Position numbers and translations under genes: made by a program
The notes under the pieces: generated by a model
What the model was told of the DNA's origin: nothing
The model's input: the letters and a program-made list of their open reading frames with translations, nothing else
The model's database searches: none
NCBI GenBank assembly: GCA_964016885.1
Contig: OZ024741.1
Span: 215,822,001 to 215,886,000 of the forward strand
Direction: 5' to 3'
From: Eledone cirrhosa
Lineage: Eukaryota
Length of the DNA: 64,000 bases
In this document: positions 44,056 through 55,005 of the stretch, in pieces
How the letters are laid out: each line of letters starts with the position of its first letter
How positions within the stretch are numbered: position 1 is the stretch's first letter

Positions 44056-44655
44056 GGCGGGGGATTGGCAGATTCTTTGGAGTGTCGGACAACATGCTTT
44101 ATGGCATATAGTTGCGGCCCTAAACGATCTGAGTTCAAATCCTACCGATGTTAGCTTTGCCTTATATCCTTACTGGGTCAATAAAATAAAGTACCAGTAA
44201 TACACTGAAGGTTGATTTAATCGACTTTCCCCTCCCCCAAAAATTGTTGGCCTTGTGCCTACAAAAGAAACCATTATTATTATTGGCAGTATCAGTAGGG
44301 AGTTGGATAACATGCTTCACGGCATAGAGTTATGGCCCTTTACATTCTGAGTTGAAATCCCGCCGAAGTTATTTTTACTTTTCATCCTTACTGGGTCGAT
44401 CAAATAAAGGACAAGTAATGCACTGGGGTCGATTTAATCGACTTTCCCCTCCTCTAAAATCGTTGGTCTTGTGCCTAAATCAGAAACCAATTCTAAAGTG
44501 TGTGTCAAAGACTTCTATTCATTCTTGGCGGAATCATTAGAACCTCGGCTAGAATGTTTGTGGAATTCTTTCCGGCTCTCTGCATTCCGAGTTCAAAATA
44601 AATCAAGTTCAAATATACTTTTCATATTTCCCGGGTCGATAAATAAAGTATCGGT
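44056..44655 (+). mobile_element. Two to three tandem copies of the same SINE family in the opposite orientation
   Basis: 44056-44283 (GGCGGGGGATTGGCAG...GAGTTCAAATCC...GGCCTTGTGCCTACAAAAGAAACCATTATTATT), 44284-44490, and a degenerate partial copy at ~44525-44655. Confidence 0.8.
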
Positions 44656-44689
44656 CCCTGACAGGGATAGATTCTTTTTTCTTTTACAA

Positions 44690-45020
44690 TCTATTGTCTA
44701 GATGTTCAATAAATAGAACAGCCTACTCGTGAAATGAACGTCTTAGCGGCTGTACATTCCGCAGAAACGTGTAAATTCAACATAAATCTCAGGTAAGAAT
44801 TAGCATGACACAGTTTGTGACAAGGCCTTCCTTTTAAATTACAGGTCCAGTCCATCGGAAAAACTTCCATACAGTTTGCGTATTCCGAGTATCAGTAAAA
44901 AAACATGGATCGAACCGAGGTTATGGTAAATGACACTAGTCTAAGATTCGATGCAATTTTATCGAACCCCGGACCTATTGATTTCGAAGATTCCATCGTA
45001 ACCATTCGGCCATGCTGCAT
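44690..45020 (-). mobile_element. Degenerate fragments of older SINE families (probably two)
   Basis: ~44860-45020 has a reverse-strand tRNA-like head (ATCGAACCCC...ACCATTCGGCCA). ~44690-44845 resembles another cephalopod SINE body from recall. No database check was possible. Confidence 0.4.
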
Positions 45021-45095
45021 TCACGTTGGGTAAGATGATTATTAAACCAGGAAGGGATGATTTTCATATTGCTCCCAGATTGAAAGACACGTTGA

Positions 45096-45176
45096 AAGAA
45101 GAAGAAGAAGAAGAAGAAGAAGAAGAAGAAGAAGAAGAAGAAGAAGAAGAAGAAAAATAAAAAGGAAAAAAACTAA

Positions 45177-45227
<51 letters not shown>
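45096..45227. repeat. (AAG)n then (AAT)n microsatellite; the (AAT)n part is the tail/target flank of the LINE
   Basis: (AAG)n at 45096-45154 and (AAT)n at 45177-45227, read directly. Confidence 0.95.
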
Positions 45228-45229
<2 letters not shown>

Positions 45230-45530
45230 TTTCTTTATTAACCACAAGGGTTTACATAAAGTAGACATTAAGGACAGTGCAGGACAATGCAGGACGGTAC
45301 AAATGGGCATTTCTGCGTGTAAAAAACAAAAACAGAGGATGTAACAAAAAATAACAATGAAAAATTCCCCAATAGAGGGGAGACTTCGGAGGGACATTTG
45401 TGGAGAAAGCCCAGTAAAAAGCCACAATGACCCTGACCACCAAGGCAAGTGCCCTCTCCCAGTTTTCCACCTTTAATTTACAGATATATACTCAGAGTAG
45501 GCCCATTCACTCGGGCCATTCTTGCTTCGC

Positions 45531-48500
45531 TCACCCATCTTTCAACAAAATGTGGGAAGAGAGCACTTCCCTCTCTACTCTGATTTTCCTTTTCAAATGA
45601 AATTTGAAAAAGTCAATCAGAGCATCACCGAAGAGGTAAGTGCTCGTCTTCAGCCCTTTCAAACGTGTCCACCATACTATCTCTTTCGCCATGGCCACCA
45701 GACAGATAAAAACTGCCTGCCTTTCCCGGCTAAAGGAGGAGGGCGGGGAAATCCTCACGATGGACTCAGATGATAGCCGGATCCGTCCTAAACGCGACAG
45801 CAGGTGTTCGACATAAACCCACAAGTCAGCAATTTTCGGACACTGGACGAGTGCATGCAGGACGGTTTCGTCGCCCTGCGCGCATCTCGGACATGCCCGG
45901 CTGATGGCACCTCCATGCCTGTAAGTTTATCCCGAACTGGCAAGGCTCCTCGGTAGCACTGCCAGGCCAGAGATTTCTGGAAGTTGTCCATAGGCCCCGG
46001 CCGAAAGTTCTTCCGAAGAGATTGGCTAGTTGATTTTCGTCGACGCCTAGAGTTTCCCCAAGTACGTCGTCGCTCTTCCCCTCTACTAATCCTCTATAGA
46101 ACGCCGAGGTGGAGTTTCCACCGATCACATTGCCCGATTGGTCGAGGGCTGTGAGCGCCTGAAGACATTCCAGTCTCCAGGCGCTCCCTCTCGGTCTTCG
46201 CTTGACCCAGGACTTCAGCTCCGTCAAGGAAACGAGCTGGGGAAATACGTGTCTAGCAAACGGCGACCACACCTGATCACCGTCGAGGAAGAGGTGGAGA
46301 TGTCGTAGCCTGAGCGCGTGCCTGCGTATCATCAGCCACGGCATGCCCAGCCCTCCACGTAGCGGGTGTTGACAACAGATGGACCGCCTGACCATCAGAG
46401 CGCGTCCCTTCCACAAAAAGCGAAACAGAAAACGCTCCAGCGCAGTCAGGCGAGGCTTAGGACAAGGTACGACGGTCAGGCGGTAGCAGATGACAGACAC
46501 GATGTACGCGTTAGCCACCTCCGCTCGACCTTTCAGGGATAGCTTCCTCTCCGCCCATTTCTGGGTGAGAGAAGCCACCCTGCTCGTCACCTCATCCCAG
46601 TTTTTGTCCGTCTGGAGGTCCGGACCGAACCAGACCCCCAGCAATTTAACCGGTCCGTCCGTCCAGCGTCCGACGACGCTGTTGGACGGCATGGACCTGC
46701 CTCTCCAGGTGCCGAGCTGCAGGCCCACTGACCTTTCCTGGTTGATCATTGCTCCTGTCACCGCTTCGTATTCTCTTAGTGTTGTGCCGATCGCCTCGAT
46801 GTGTTTGGCGTTCGACACCACTACGGTGACATCGTCCGCATATGCTGACACGGATCTTCCGCATCCTAGTTCGCGCCGGACGCCCCTCAACGTCTCCAGT
46901 TTGTGCAGTAATGGCTCGCGAGTCAATACGTACAAGAGGGTTGAACGGTTCCGACAGGTGACCGTTCACTCTCACCACAGAGCAGATGTCGCTGTGCATG
47001 GCAGCGATCCAGCCTCTGAAGACGGGCCCAAAGCCAGCCGCCCTCAGGACTGCCGCTAGGTAACGATGGTCGACCCTATCGAAAGCTTTCGACTGATCTA
47101 AATTGATCAAGGACCCACCCGTGCCAGGTTCCCTAGCTACCCTCTCTACGATGTATCGCATGAGGTGGAGGTTGTCGTGGATGGATCTGTCGGGAATGGC
47201 GCATGTCTGCGCCTCTCCCACCAGACCACCAACGACAAGCGCCAACCTCTTTGCTAGCACCTTGGCCAAAATCTTGAAGTCTGTGTTTAGCAGTGTTATG
47301 GGCCGGAAATTATCTATGTTATCCCCCTTGTTTGGATCCTTTCTCAGCAGTGCCACCGCTCCTCGGCTCACAGAACTGGGAATTCTCCCGTTCTATTGCC
47401 AGTTGCAGTAGTCGTCCGCCAAGAGGCCTCCGAACAAGTCTGGCATCTGTACGTAAAGTTCATAGGGCAGACCATCCAAACCAGGCGATTTACCCCTTGT
47501 GCAGCCAGTCATTGCTTCCCTTACCTCAGCGGCTGTTATCGGCTTTTCGCAACACTTCGCCTCAGTGGTCGAGAGCCGCAGCAGTCCGTCGAGGTAGACA
47601 CTAAAGTCCATCCCTCGACCCGGCCCACCGCTGCCCCCGAACAGCTGAGCGAAGTGTCGCTGAAAAGCTTCACACATTTGCCCTGGATCGAGTAGCATGC
47701 GCCCGTCGTGGTCCACCAAAGACCGGATCGTGGCTTTGTTGCCACGACGCGCCTCCGCCACTCGGGCCCATTGAACGGCTTTCGTCCCCTCGTGTCTGAG
47801 AGCACGCACCCTTGCTCTGACAACGCAGCCTTCGTGCTTTGCATTGAAGAATTGGTCAAGGGCCAATTTCGCCGCAAGCACGTCGGTCGCAATGCCTTTG
47901 CTAAGCGCCTCGTCTAATTTTCTAACTAGTTCTCCCTCTGCTCTATTTTTCTCTATTGCTAAAGCCTTACTAAACCTAATGGATTCTATTCTACTCGCTC
48001 TTTTCAGAGCAAACCACCACTTGTTATTGACGATGGCGCCCGTCAACGCCCTCTTAACTAGTTCGCTAATCCGGTCTCTGTAGGCCTTGCGCGCTGGTAA
48101 GGACGCGTTTAGCTTCCAGTAGCCGGGTCCTCGTCTATGAAGCCTATCTAAGTCAAGCACACAGATCACGAATTTGTGGTCCGTGTAGCTGACTATCTTG
48201 AATTGTGGACAGCCTATGCTAGACCTATCTATTTCCCTACAAAATACTCTATCTAGATATGATCTGGATGACCCTATGCGATTTGTCCAAGTCCACATTA
48301 GCACATTCGGGAAATCCAATCGGTACCTGTCAGACAGTTCAAACGCTTGAGCAGGTTGGTGAGGCTCTTGCACCCTCCTCCCCTATCCGCTAATCCCACA
48401 CAGTCCCAGCGTGCATCTAAGATCCCGTTCTGTCGCCCACTAACACTAAATAGCGGGACGTTCCAAGAAAGGTCTCCAGACGCTGGAAGAAATCAGGCCG

Positions 48501-48885
48501 CCCTGCTCCTGTCGGGGCATAGACGGGCACTAGCCTGAAAGCTTGCCTGTCTCCGCTGGTCACGTCCAGCACCACCAACTTACCCTCTGGGTCCAGGAAG
48601 ATGGTCCGTATGGCGAGATTCAAACCTCTCCGAAAAAGCACCGCAACTCCCCCCCCCCCGATCCAGGACGGCTGGAAGATGCGTACACATCGTAGCCGCC
48701 GAAGATCGGTGCGAAGGCCCGTGCTTCTGGTCTCGCTGATGGCCCGTGCGAAGGCCCGTGCTTCTGGTCTCGCTGATGGCCACTACATCTATGTTTAGTG
48801 ACCTGAGGTCGTTGAGCAAGTGACCCTGCTTCCATGACGACCCCAAGCCACGCGCATTTATGCTGCCTATTCTGAGTGAGGTCAT
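45531..48885 (-). pseudogene. LINE ORF2 (APE endonuclease plus reverse transcriptase), multiply disrupted
   Basis: MTSLRIGSINARGL, VYAP, SYLDRVF, YTDHK, GPGYWKLN, KSPGLDGLPYELY, FRPITLLNTDFKILAK, DQSKAFDRVDH, SAYADD, GGLGMP across ORFs 48580-48885, 48417-48641, 47393-48373, 46646-47371, 45826-46935, 45531-45824. Confidence 0.92.
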
Positions 48886-48920
48886 GTTTAAAATAGAGTG
48901 GAAAAGATGGGAAAGACCAC

Positions 48921-51038
48921 TTACCGTACTTTTCGTAGAGGAAGGATGGTTTTTCCATCCCTTTTCACTTGATCGTCTGGTGAAGGGACCCTTGAATCTT
49001 CCCCTCGGCTGGTCGTCGGCTCTTCTATGAGTATGTCCGAATATACTCTTCGGTTGAGTGCCCCTCCTAGGTCTCTGAAATCACCAACTGCGTTGTGGAA
49101 TTTCGTTTTAATGTTTGTGTATTGTTTCTGTGATATTTTTAGCAGTCTTATGTTAGTTGGCGTTTTGATTGGTGCTGGTATTATGTAGTCGTGTTGTGAA
49201 ATGTCTGTGTGTTCAATTATGTAAGTCATTAGTTTCTTGTTGTGTGTATTTATTGCCGTGCATTTGTTTTTCTGGGGGTGGGGTGTGGTTCTGCTATTTT
49301 CTTGTCGTTGTTGCTGGGTGTGTGTGTTTTGTTGTGTTTGCGATGTTGGTGCTTGTGGTGGTGGTGTTGAAGGTGTTGTTGTTGTTGGCGGTGGGGTTGT
49401 CGCCGGTGGTGATGGTGGTGCTAGTGTAGGTGGTGATGGTGTTGGTAGTGTTGCTGCTGTGAGTCTCTTTGCAGTAGCCTTTACCCTTTTTTCATTTCTT
49501 TCCTCCCTTTACGAAGGCAACGATGCGCTGCTTCTGCGTTTGTGTCTTCTTACGACCTTTTGCCATCCCTCTTCCACCTCACACTCCATGTCTGATTCTG
49601 TGAGGTCGGGGAGGGGTACCAGCTCCACTCTTTCACTTGTTGTTGTTGGTGATGTTTGCACTGGAGTCTCTGTTGCAGCTGCATTTGGTATTGCTGTTGT
49701 TGTTGTTAATACTTCCACTGCTGCTGCTGTTTTTGATTTCCGTGGCGTGGGTATGGGTGCCACGGACCTATCGTTCCTGGTTGCCGCTTGTCCTGTTGCT
49801 GGTAGCCGTGGAGCCAGTTTTAGAAGGAGGGGGGTTTTCTCCTTTCTCAGGGTCTTCTCGTTGCAGAAGGCCCCGAGGTTTGTCTTCGATCCACAGCGAA
49901 AGCATTTCGGGCGTTTGCCCTCAACACTTATGGGCAGTTGAGTGCCGTTATCGAAGTCTATCACATCCGGGATAGCTTCGATGCACTCCTGGTTGGTTTG
50001 GATTAACATCTCAATGGAGGTGCCGACCTAATCTTCTCTTACTTTTTTTTCTGTACTTGCAGTACAGTTGTTTTGTCCTCGATTCCGACGAGGACAGACG
50101 CGGCCAGCCAAGAAGGGGCCATCCCGGTTTGACCCTCACAATTTTTTGCCCGCAGCAGGAGGGCACCAACACCATTTCCTCGCTCCTTAGGGTCACTAAG
50201 GATTGAGCCTTTGCCTCCTGGTGTGTGGCAAAATGTACGTCTACGGTGGCATATTTTTTGCCTCGGGTGATGTGCGTTTTCCGCTGCCACACAGACCCCA
50301 AGGCTTTTTGTATTTGAGCCTCTGTGGCTCTTCCAACGCTACGGGATTTTGTACTTACTGTACGGTACGTGACCGTACAGTGCTGTTGGGTTTCGAAAAA
50401 TGTTTCGGCTGCCTTGCAGATTGCCCGGTGTCCAGTTTTATCACCATCTTCTTCGCTTCCTCTAATTCCTCATTTGTTATGAGGATGGTTTCCAGGTTCT
50501 TTGCGATATCTGCAAACGAGATTGGTTTTTCTTTGCTGCTGTTGTTGTTGTTGTCGTCGTCAGAGCTGCTGTTACTTTTGTTGTTGCTGCAGGTACTACG
50601 ACTACTGCCGCCGCTGTTGCTGTGGTTGTTGTTGTTGTTGTTGCTGCTGCTGCTGCTGCTGTTGTTGTTGCTGCTAGTGCTGTTGTTGTTTATGCTGCTG
50701 CTGATGCTGTTGCGGCTGCTACTGTTGTTTTCCTTGTCACTGTTGCTGCTGTTATTACGGCTGCTACTGCTATTATTCCTGACGTCAGACGAATGAAATG
50801 GGTTTTCGTATTTCCCGCACACCTTTTTCGTCGTTGTCGTCGTCGTCGTGGAGAAATCTTGCTCGCTTTGCACGTGATTTTTCTTTTCTGGCGTCGCTTG
50901 CGAAAGAGTAGGGAGGGAGAGAGACACATTTAGAGAAGGGAGGGAGAGAGACAATCTTCTCTCTGCTGTAGTGACGTTTGAGGAAGAAGAAGACGGAATG
51001 AGTGGGAGTGACCTATGAAAATTCTTTTTCGTAGCCAT
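48921..51038 (-). pseudogene. LINE ORF1 (gag-like; N/S-rich N-terminus, degenerate zinc knuckle, T/P-rich tail), frameshifted
   Basis: Fragments 50355-51038, 50011-50301, 49509-50009 (EGKRPKCFRCGSKTNLGAFC = C-x2-C-x4-[H>N]-x4-C) and 48921-49229. Homologous to ORF1 of the second element. Confidence 0.75.
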
Positions 51039-51252
51039 GTTGTTTTTTGTTTAAAATAAATATTGGGCACAAAACCCCAATAAGCGGTTATTTAACCCCG
51101 AAGGGCCAAATAACGGGCAGAAAGATCCCTCTCACGAGGAGGAGGGTGTTTTTGTCTACAAGTTGGTTAAAGTTTTAAACAATTTACAATTGTTATAGCG
51201 GTCAACATTTACAATACCTTACAGAGCCGAGCCTCCGTCAACCATAGCATTC

Positions 51253-51302
51253 AATAATAATAATAATAATAATAATAATAATTATAATAATAATAATAAT
51301 CA

Positions 51303-51333
<31 letters not shown>

Positions 51334-51357
51334 AAGAAGAAGAAGAAGAAGAAGAAA
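51253..51357. repeat. (AAT)n then (AAG)n microsatellite flanking the LINE 5' end
   Basis: (AAT)n at 51253-51300, CAT, then (AAG)n at 51304-51357. Confidence 0.95.
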
Positions 51358-51387
51358 ACCTGGCCTCAGATGTGATTATTATTTTTA

Positions 51388-51501
51388 AATGAAATCCGCC
51401 AAGGTTAACTTTGCCTTTCAACCTTACGGGGTCGATAAAATAAAGTACCAGTAATGTACTGGATAATTGCTGGCTTTGTGCCAAAAGTAGAAAAAATTAT
51501 T
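51388..51501 (+). mobile_element. 5'-truncated SINE copy, short internally deleted variant
   Basis: AAATCCGCCAAGGTTAACTTTGCCTTTCAACCTTACGGGGTCGATAAAATAAAGTACCAGTAATGTACTGGATAATTGCTGGCTTTGTGCC matches the SINE family. Confidence 0.75.
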
Positions 51502-51639
51502 TTAAAATGAAATAGTTTCAGTACAGGATCGACCCCGAGTCATCAACTTCGTTCGGTTCCCGCTCCTTGGGTGTGTTTATCTACTGCCATGCTTGTTCTA
51601 CGGTATTTGCCGCACTGGAGATTGATTAAAGTTGAAACT

Positions 51640-51640
<1 letters not shown>

Positions 51641-51736
<96 letters not shown>

Positions 51737-51737
51737 A
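51641..51737. repeat. (GAAA)n microsatellite
   Basis: Read directly. Confidence 0.95.
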
Positions 51738-52082
51738 AACAAAACAGATCTGAAGATAATTCCAGACAAACGCTAATCACTCGTCTGCACCATTTGAGGA
51801 ATAATTAACTCTGAACAAAATAAAAACTGTTAGGAGTTGAGTAGATTTATAACGTTTACTTCAAAGAATGTAGTATTTCATCAAGTTAAAATTTAATTGA
51901 AACGATCTATTGATGGTGATGTGTTAGAACGGAGACGGCATTTAGAAGAAAACACTAAAAATCTTAGATCAAGTCAACGTAGGAGCATTTACCTACCTGG
52001 TCTATTGACTAGAAATAGCAACTAAATTTTCACTGAAAATCACCACAATACCTGCAGTCACTAAAATTGAAATAGCATATTG

Positions 52083-52870
52083 AATAATATTTTTTTGATT
52101 TAGGCACAATGCCAAATATTTTGGGGGCAGGGGAATGTCGATTAAATCGACCCCAGTGCGTTACTGGTACTATATTTCATCGACCTGGTAAGGATGAAAA
52201 GCAACGCTAACATCGGCAGGATTTGAACTCGGAACGTAAAGGGTCATAACTATGCTACAAAGCATGGTAACCCACGCTCTAACGATATTGCCAATCCACC
52301 ACCCTATTGAATATTGAATAATGAATTCTAATTTAGGCACAAAGTCAACAATTCTGGTGAAGGGAAAAGTCACTTACATCGACCCCAGTACGTGACTGTT
52401 ACTTTATTTTTATCGCCCTCAGAAGGATGAAAAGTAAAACTGAACTCGAGGCACAAAGCCAATAATTTAAGAGGGGGGGGGGGGGGGTTCAGTTACATCG
52501 ACCCCAGTATGAAATGTTACTTTATTTTTATCGCCCTCAGTATGAAAGGTAAAAACTGAACTCGAGGCACAAAGCCAATAATTTAAGAGGGGATCAGTTA
52601 CATTGACCCCAGTATGAACTGTTACTTTATTTTTATCGCCCTCAGTATGAAAGGTAAAAACTGAACTCGAGGCACAAAGCCAATAATTTAAGAGGGGATC
52701 AGTTACATTGACCCCAGTATGAAATGTTACTTTATTTTTATCGCCCTCAGAAGGATGAAAGTTAAAATTGAACGGAGAGAGATTTGAACTCATAACTTAA
52801 AGAGTTGTTACTAGACGTTTCTACACATTTTGACCGACGTTGTAACGATTCTGTCAGTCTACAGCCCTAG
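52083..52870 (-). mobile_element. Second SINE cluster including a SINE-derived ~105-bp tandem repeat
   Basis: Full copy at ~52085-52305 (GATTTGAACTC B-box on the reverse strand), partial copy at ~52320-52440, three tandem internal units starting 52442, 52558 and 52663; the last runs into a SINE head at ~52870. Confidence 0.75.
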
Positions 52871-52887
52871 CATTATATTGAATAACG

Positions 52888-53136
52888 ATAATGTGTGTGT
52901 ATAGACACATATTACGTGTGTGTATAGACACATTATGTGTGTATATACCCATATTATGAGTGTGTATAGATCCACATAATGTGTGTGTATAGACACATAT
53001 TATGTGTGTATATACCCATATTATGTGTGTGTATAGATCCATATAATGTGTGTGTATAGACACATATTATATGTGTATATACCCATATTATGTGTGTGTA
53101 TAGATCCATATAATGTGTGTGTATAGACACATATTA
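52888..53136. repeat. ~23-24-bp minisatellite (ATTATGTGTGTGTATAGACACAT-like) with 3-unit periodicity
   Basis: Units cycle GACAC / TACCC / GATCC. Confidence 0.8.
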
Positions 53137-53311
53137 GTGGAAGGATGTGAGAAGAAGAGATAAAGGGAAACAAAGAAAAGAAATACATCTACCTATGTAT
53201 GCTGGGGTTTCCTCTATCTTGTTCGGCAAGTGGGGAAAAGAAGGTTGTTACAGCCATTGTCTACCCACCCGTCGAAACGGCTTGAGCTCTGCCGTCGGGG
53301 TCATTTTCCGA

Positions 53312-53706
<395 letters not shown>

Positions 53707-54149
53707 ATTGGAATTGGCAATTACGCGGAAAATATATTTAAGGATCTGTTTTTCTTTTTTTCTTCTTTGACTCGTCAAAGTAAGATTATTGAAAAAATGA
53801 AGAGAACAATTCTTTTAAAAAAGGAGTTTTCTAATGTATATAAAGTATATAAAATATAACCTGTTTCGATGTATCAGTACGGACCATCTTATCAAATTTG
53901 AATATTATAATCAAAAAGAATTAAAAAGAATTAAATGTTGAAACGGTTTGTTCATCTTTCTTGTTGTATATATATAGAGAGAAAGAGTGGGGAAGAGAGA
54001 AAGTGAAAGAGAACACGAGAAAGATAGATAGATATGTATGTCTGTATGTCTGTATGTCTGTATGTCTGTATGTCTGTAAGTATGTAGGTATGTATGATCC
54101 TTGGCTGGGCTAAAAAGCCACATTCGATCGCAGCACCGTTAATTGTTAT

Positions 54150-54214
<65 letters not shown>

Positions 54215-54270
54215 ATGTAGATATGTATATATATATATAAAAATGTGTGTCTGTGTGTGTGTGCGTGTGT
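54150..54270. repeat. (GT)n/(TA)n microsatellite
   Basis: Read directly. Confidence 0.9.
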
Positions 54271-54732
54271 ATAAATATAATTTCAGCGAGATTGAATTTC
54301 GGCTGTGGTCGAAAACAAAGCAAAACGCAATATCCGAGTTATGCTGGCAAGCGCTCCAGAAAACCAAATAAAGACCAGAGCAATAAACATAGGTTATAAA
54401 GGCCAGACAAACTAAGATGGCGGTCAAGAAGACATCAACCACCTAAGCCAAAAAGACTAGGCAAGCCAAACAGGTCAAACAAAATAAAAAAGATGGTATA
54501 ATCTAGTAAAGGGTTTCTGCGACACCTAAATCAATTATACTGCCTGCTTAAATAATAAGCTTTTGGTATAATGATCGAACAAAGCTGTCACTTCGTCAAC
54601 GGGCATTTTGTTCTACGCCAGCATGCAGTAGTATGTAGTAGTAAAGAAAACCACGTGTGTAACTCTGCAAAGGAGAAAACCCCAGATTTTGGCAGATGAA
54701 TTCAGTAAGTGTAAAATTAATGCATGTATATA

Positions 54733-54771
<39 letters not shown>

Positions 54772-54784
54772 CGTTATCATTATT
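54733..54784. repeat. (ATT)n microsatellite immediately 5' of the second LINE
   Basis: Read directly. Confidence 0.95.
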
Positions 54785-55005
54785 GGACGCACATGTATGA
54801 AGGCGTACAAGTCTGCGGGGTAAAAAGTTCGTAACTTTAAGCTGTTTTAAAGTATCATTTTTTGCATTTTCTTGTCGATAACGAAGCATAAGGTACCCAC
54901 CTTGGTTTCAAGGAAGGGAGACCTCTCAATAATTGGGCTTTAAGCCCGAATATTAATTTTTATTTTTAAAAACTTCGAAAAATATCGCTTCCCCACCAAA
55001 AATAT

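Larger units (their letters stand above)
45228..51252 (-). mobile_element. Full-length (~6.0 kb) decayed non-LTR retrotransposon, L1/Tx1 clade
   Basis: Short 5'UTR, ORF1 from ATG 51038, ORF2 from ATG 48885 with APE endonuclease and RT motifs, 3'UTR with AATAAA (45234-45239) followed by (ATT)n. Flanked on both sides by AAT/ATT repeats. Confidence 0.92.

Noticed and set aside
42760-44160. tRNA genes suggested by GTTCAAATCC B-boxes
   Set aside because: No cloverleaf; these are tRNA-derived SINE heads.
46490-50933. Plus-strand ORFs of 100-234 aa over the first LINE
   Set aside because: Antisense shadows of GC-rich or triplet-repeat LINE sequence.
45096-51357. (AAG)n on both outer flanks as a target-site duplication or (TTC)n target like Koshi
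   Set aside because: The order is mirrored (AAG-AAT-element-AAT-AAG) rather than directly repeated, and the actual junctions are in AAT.
53270-53300. GAAA-CGGC..GCCG-TC, resembling the 3' half of a hammerhead
   Set aside because: No CTGANGA core or stem I/II partner found nearby.
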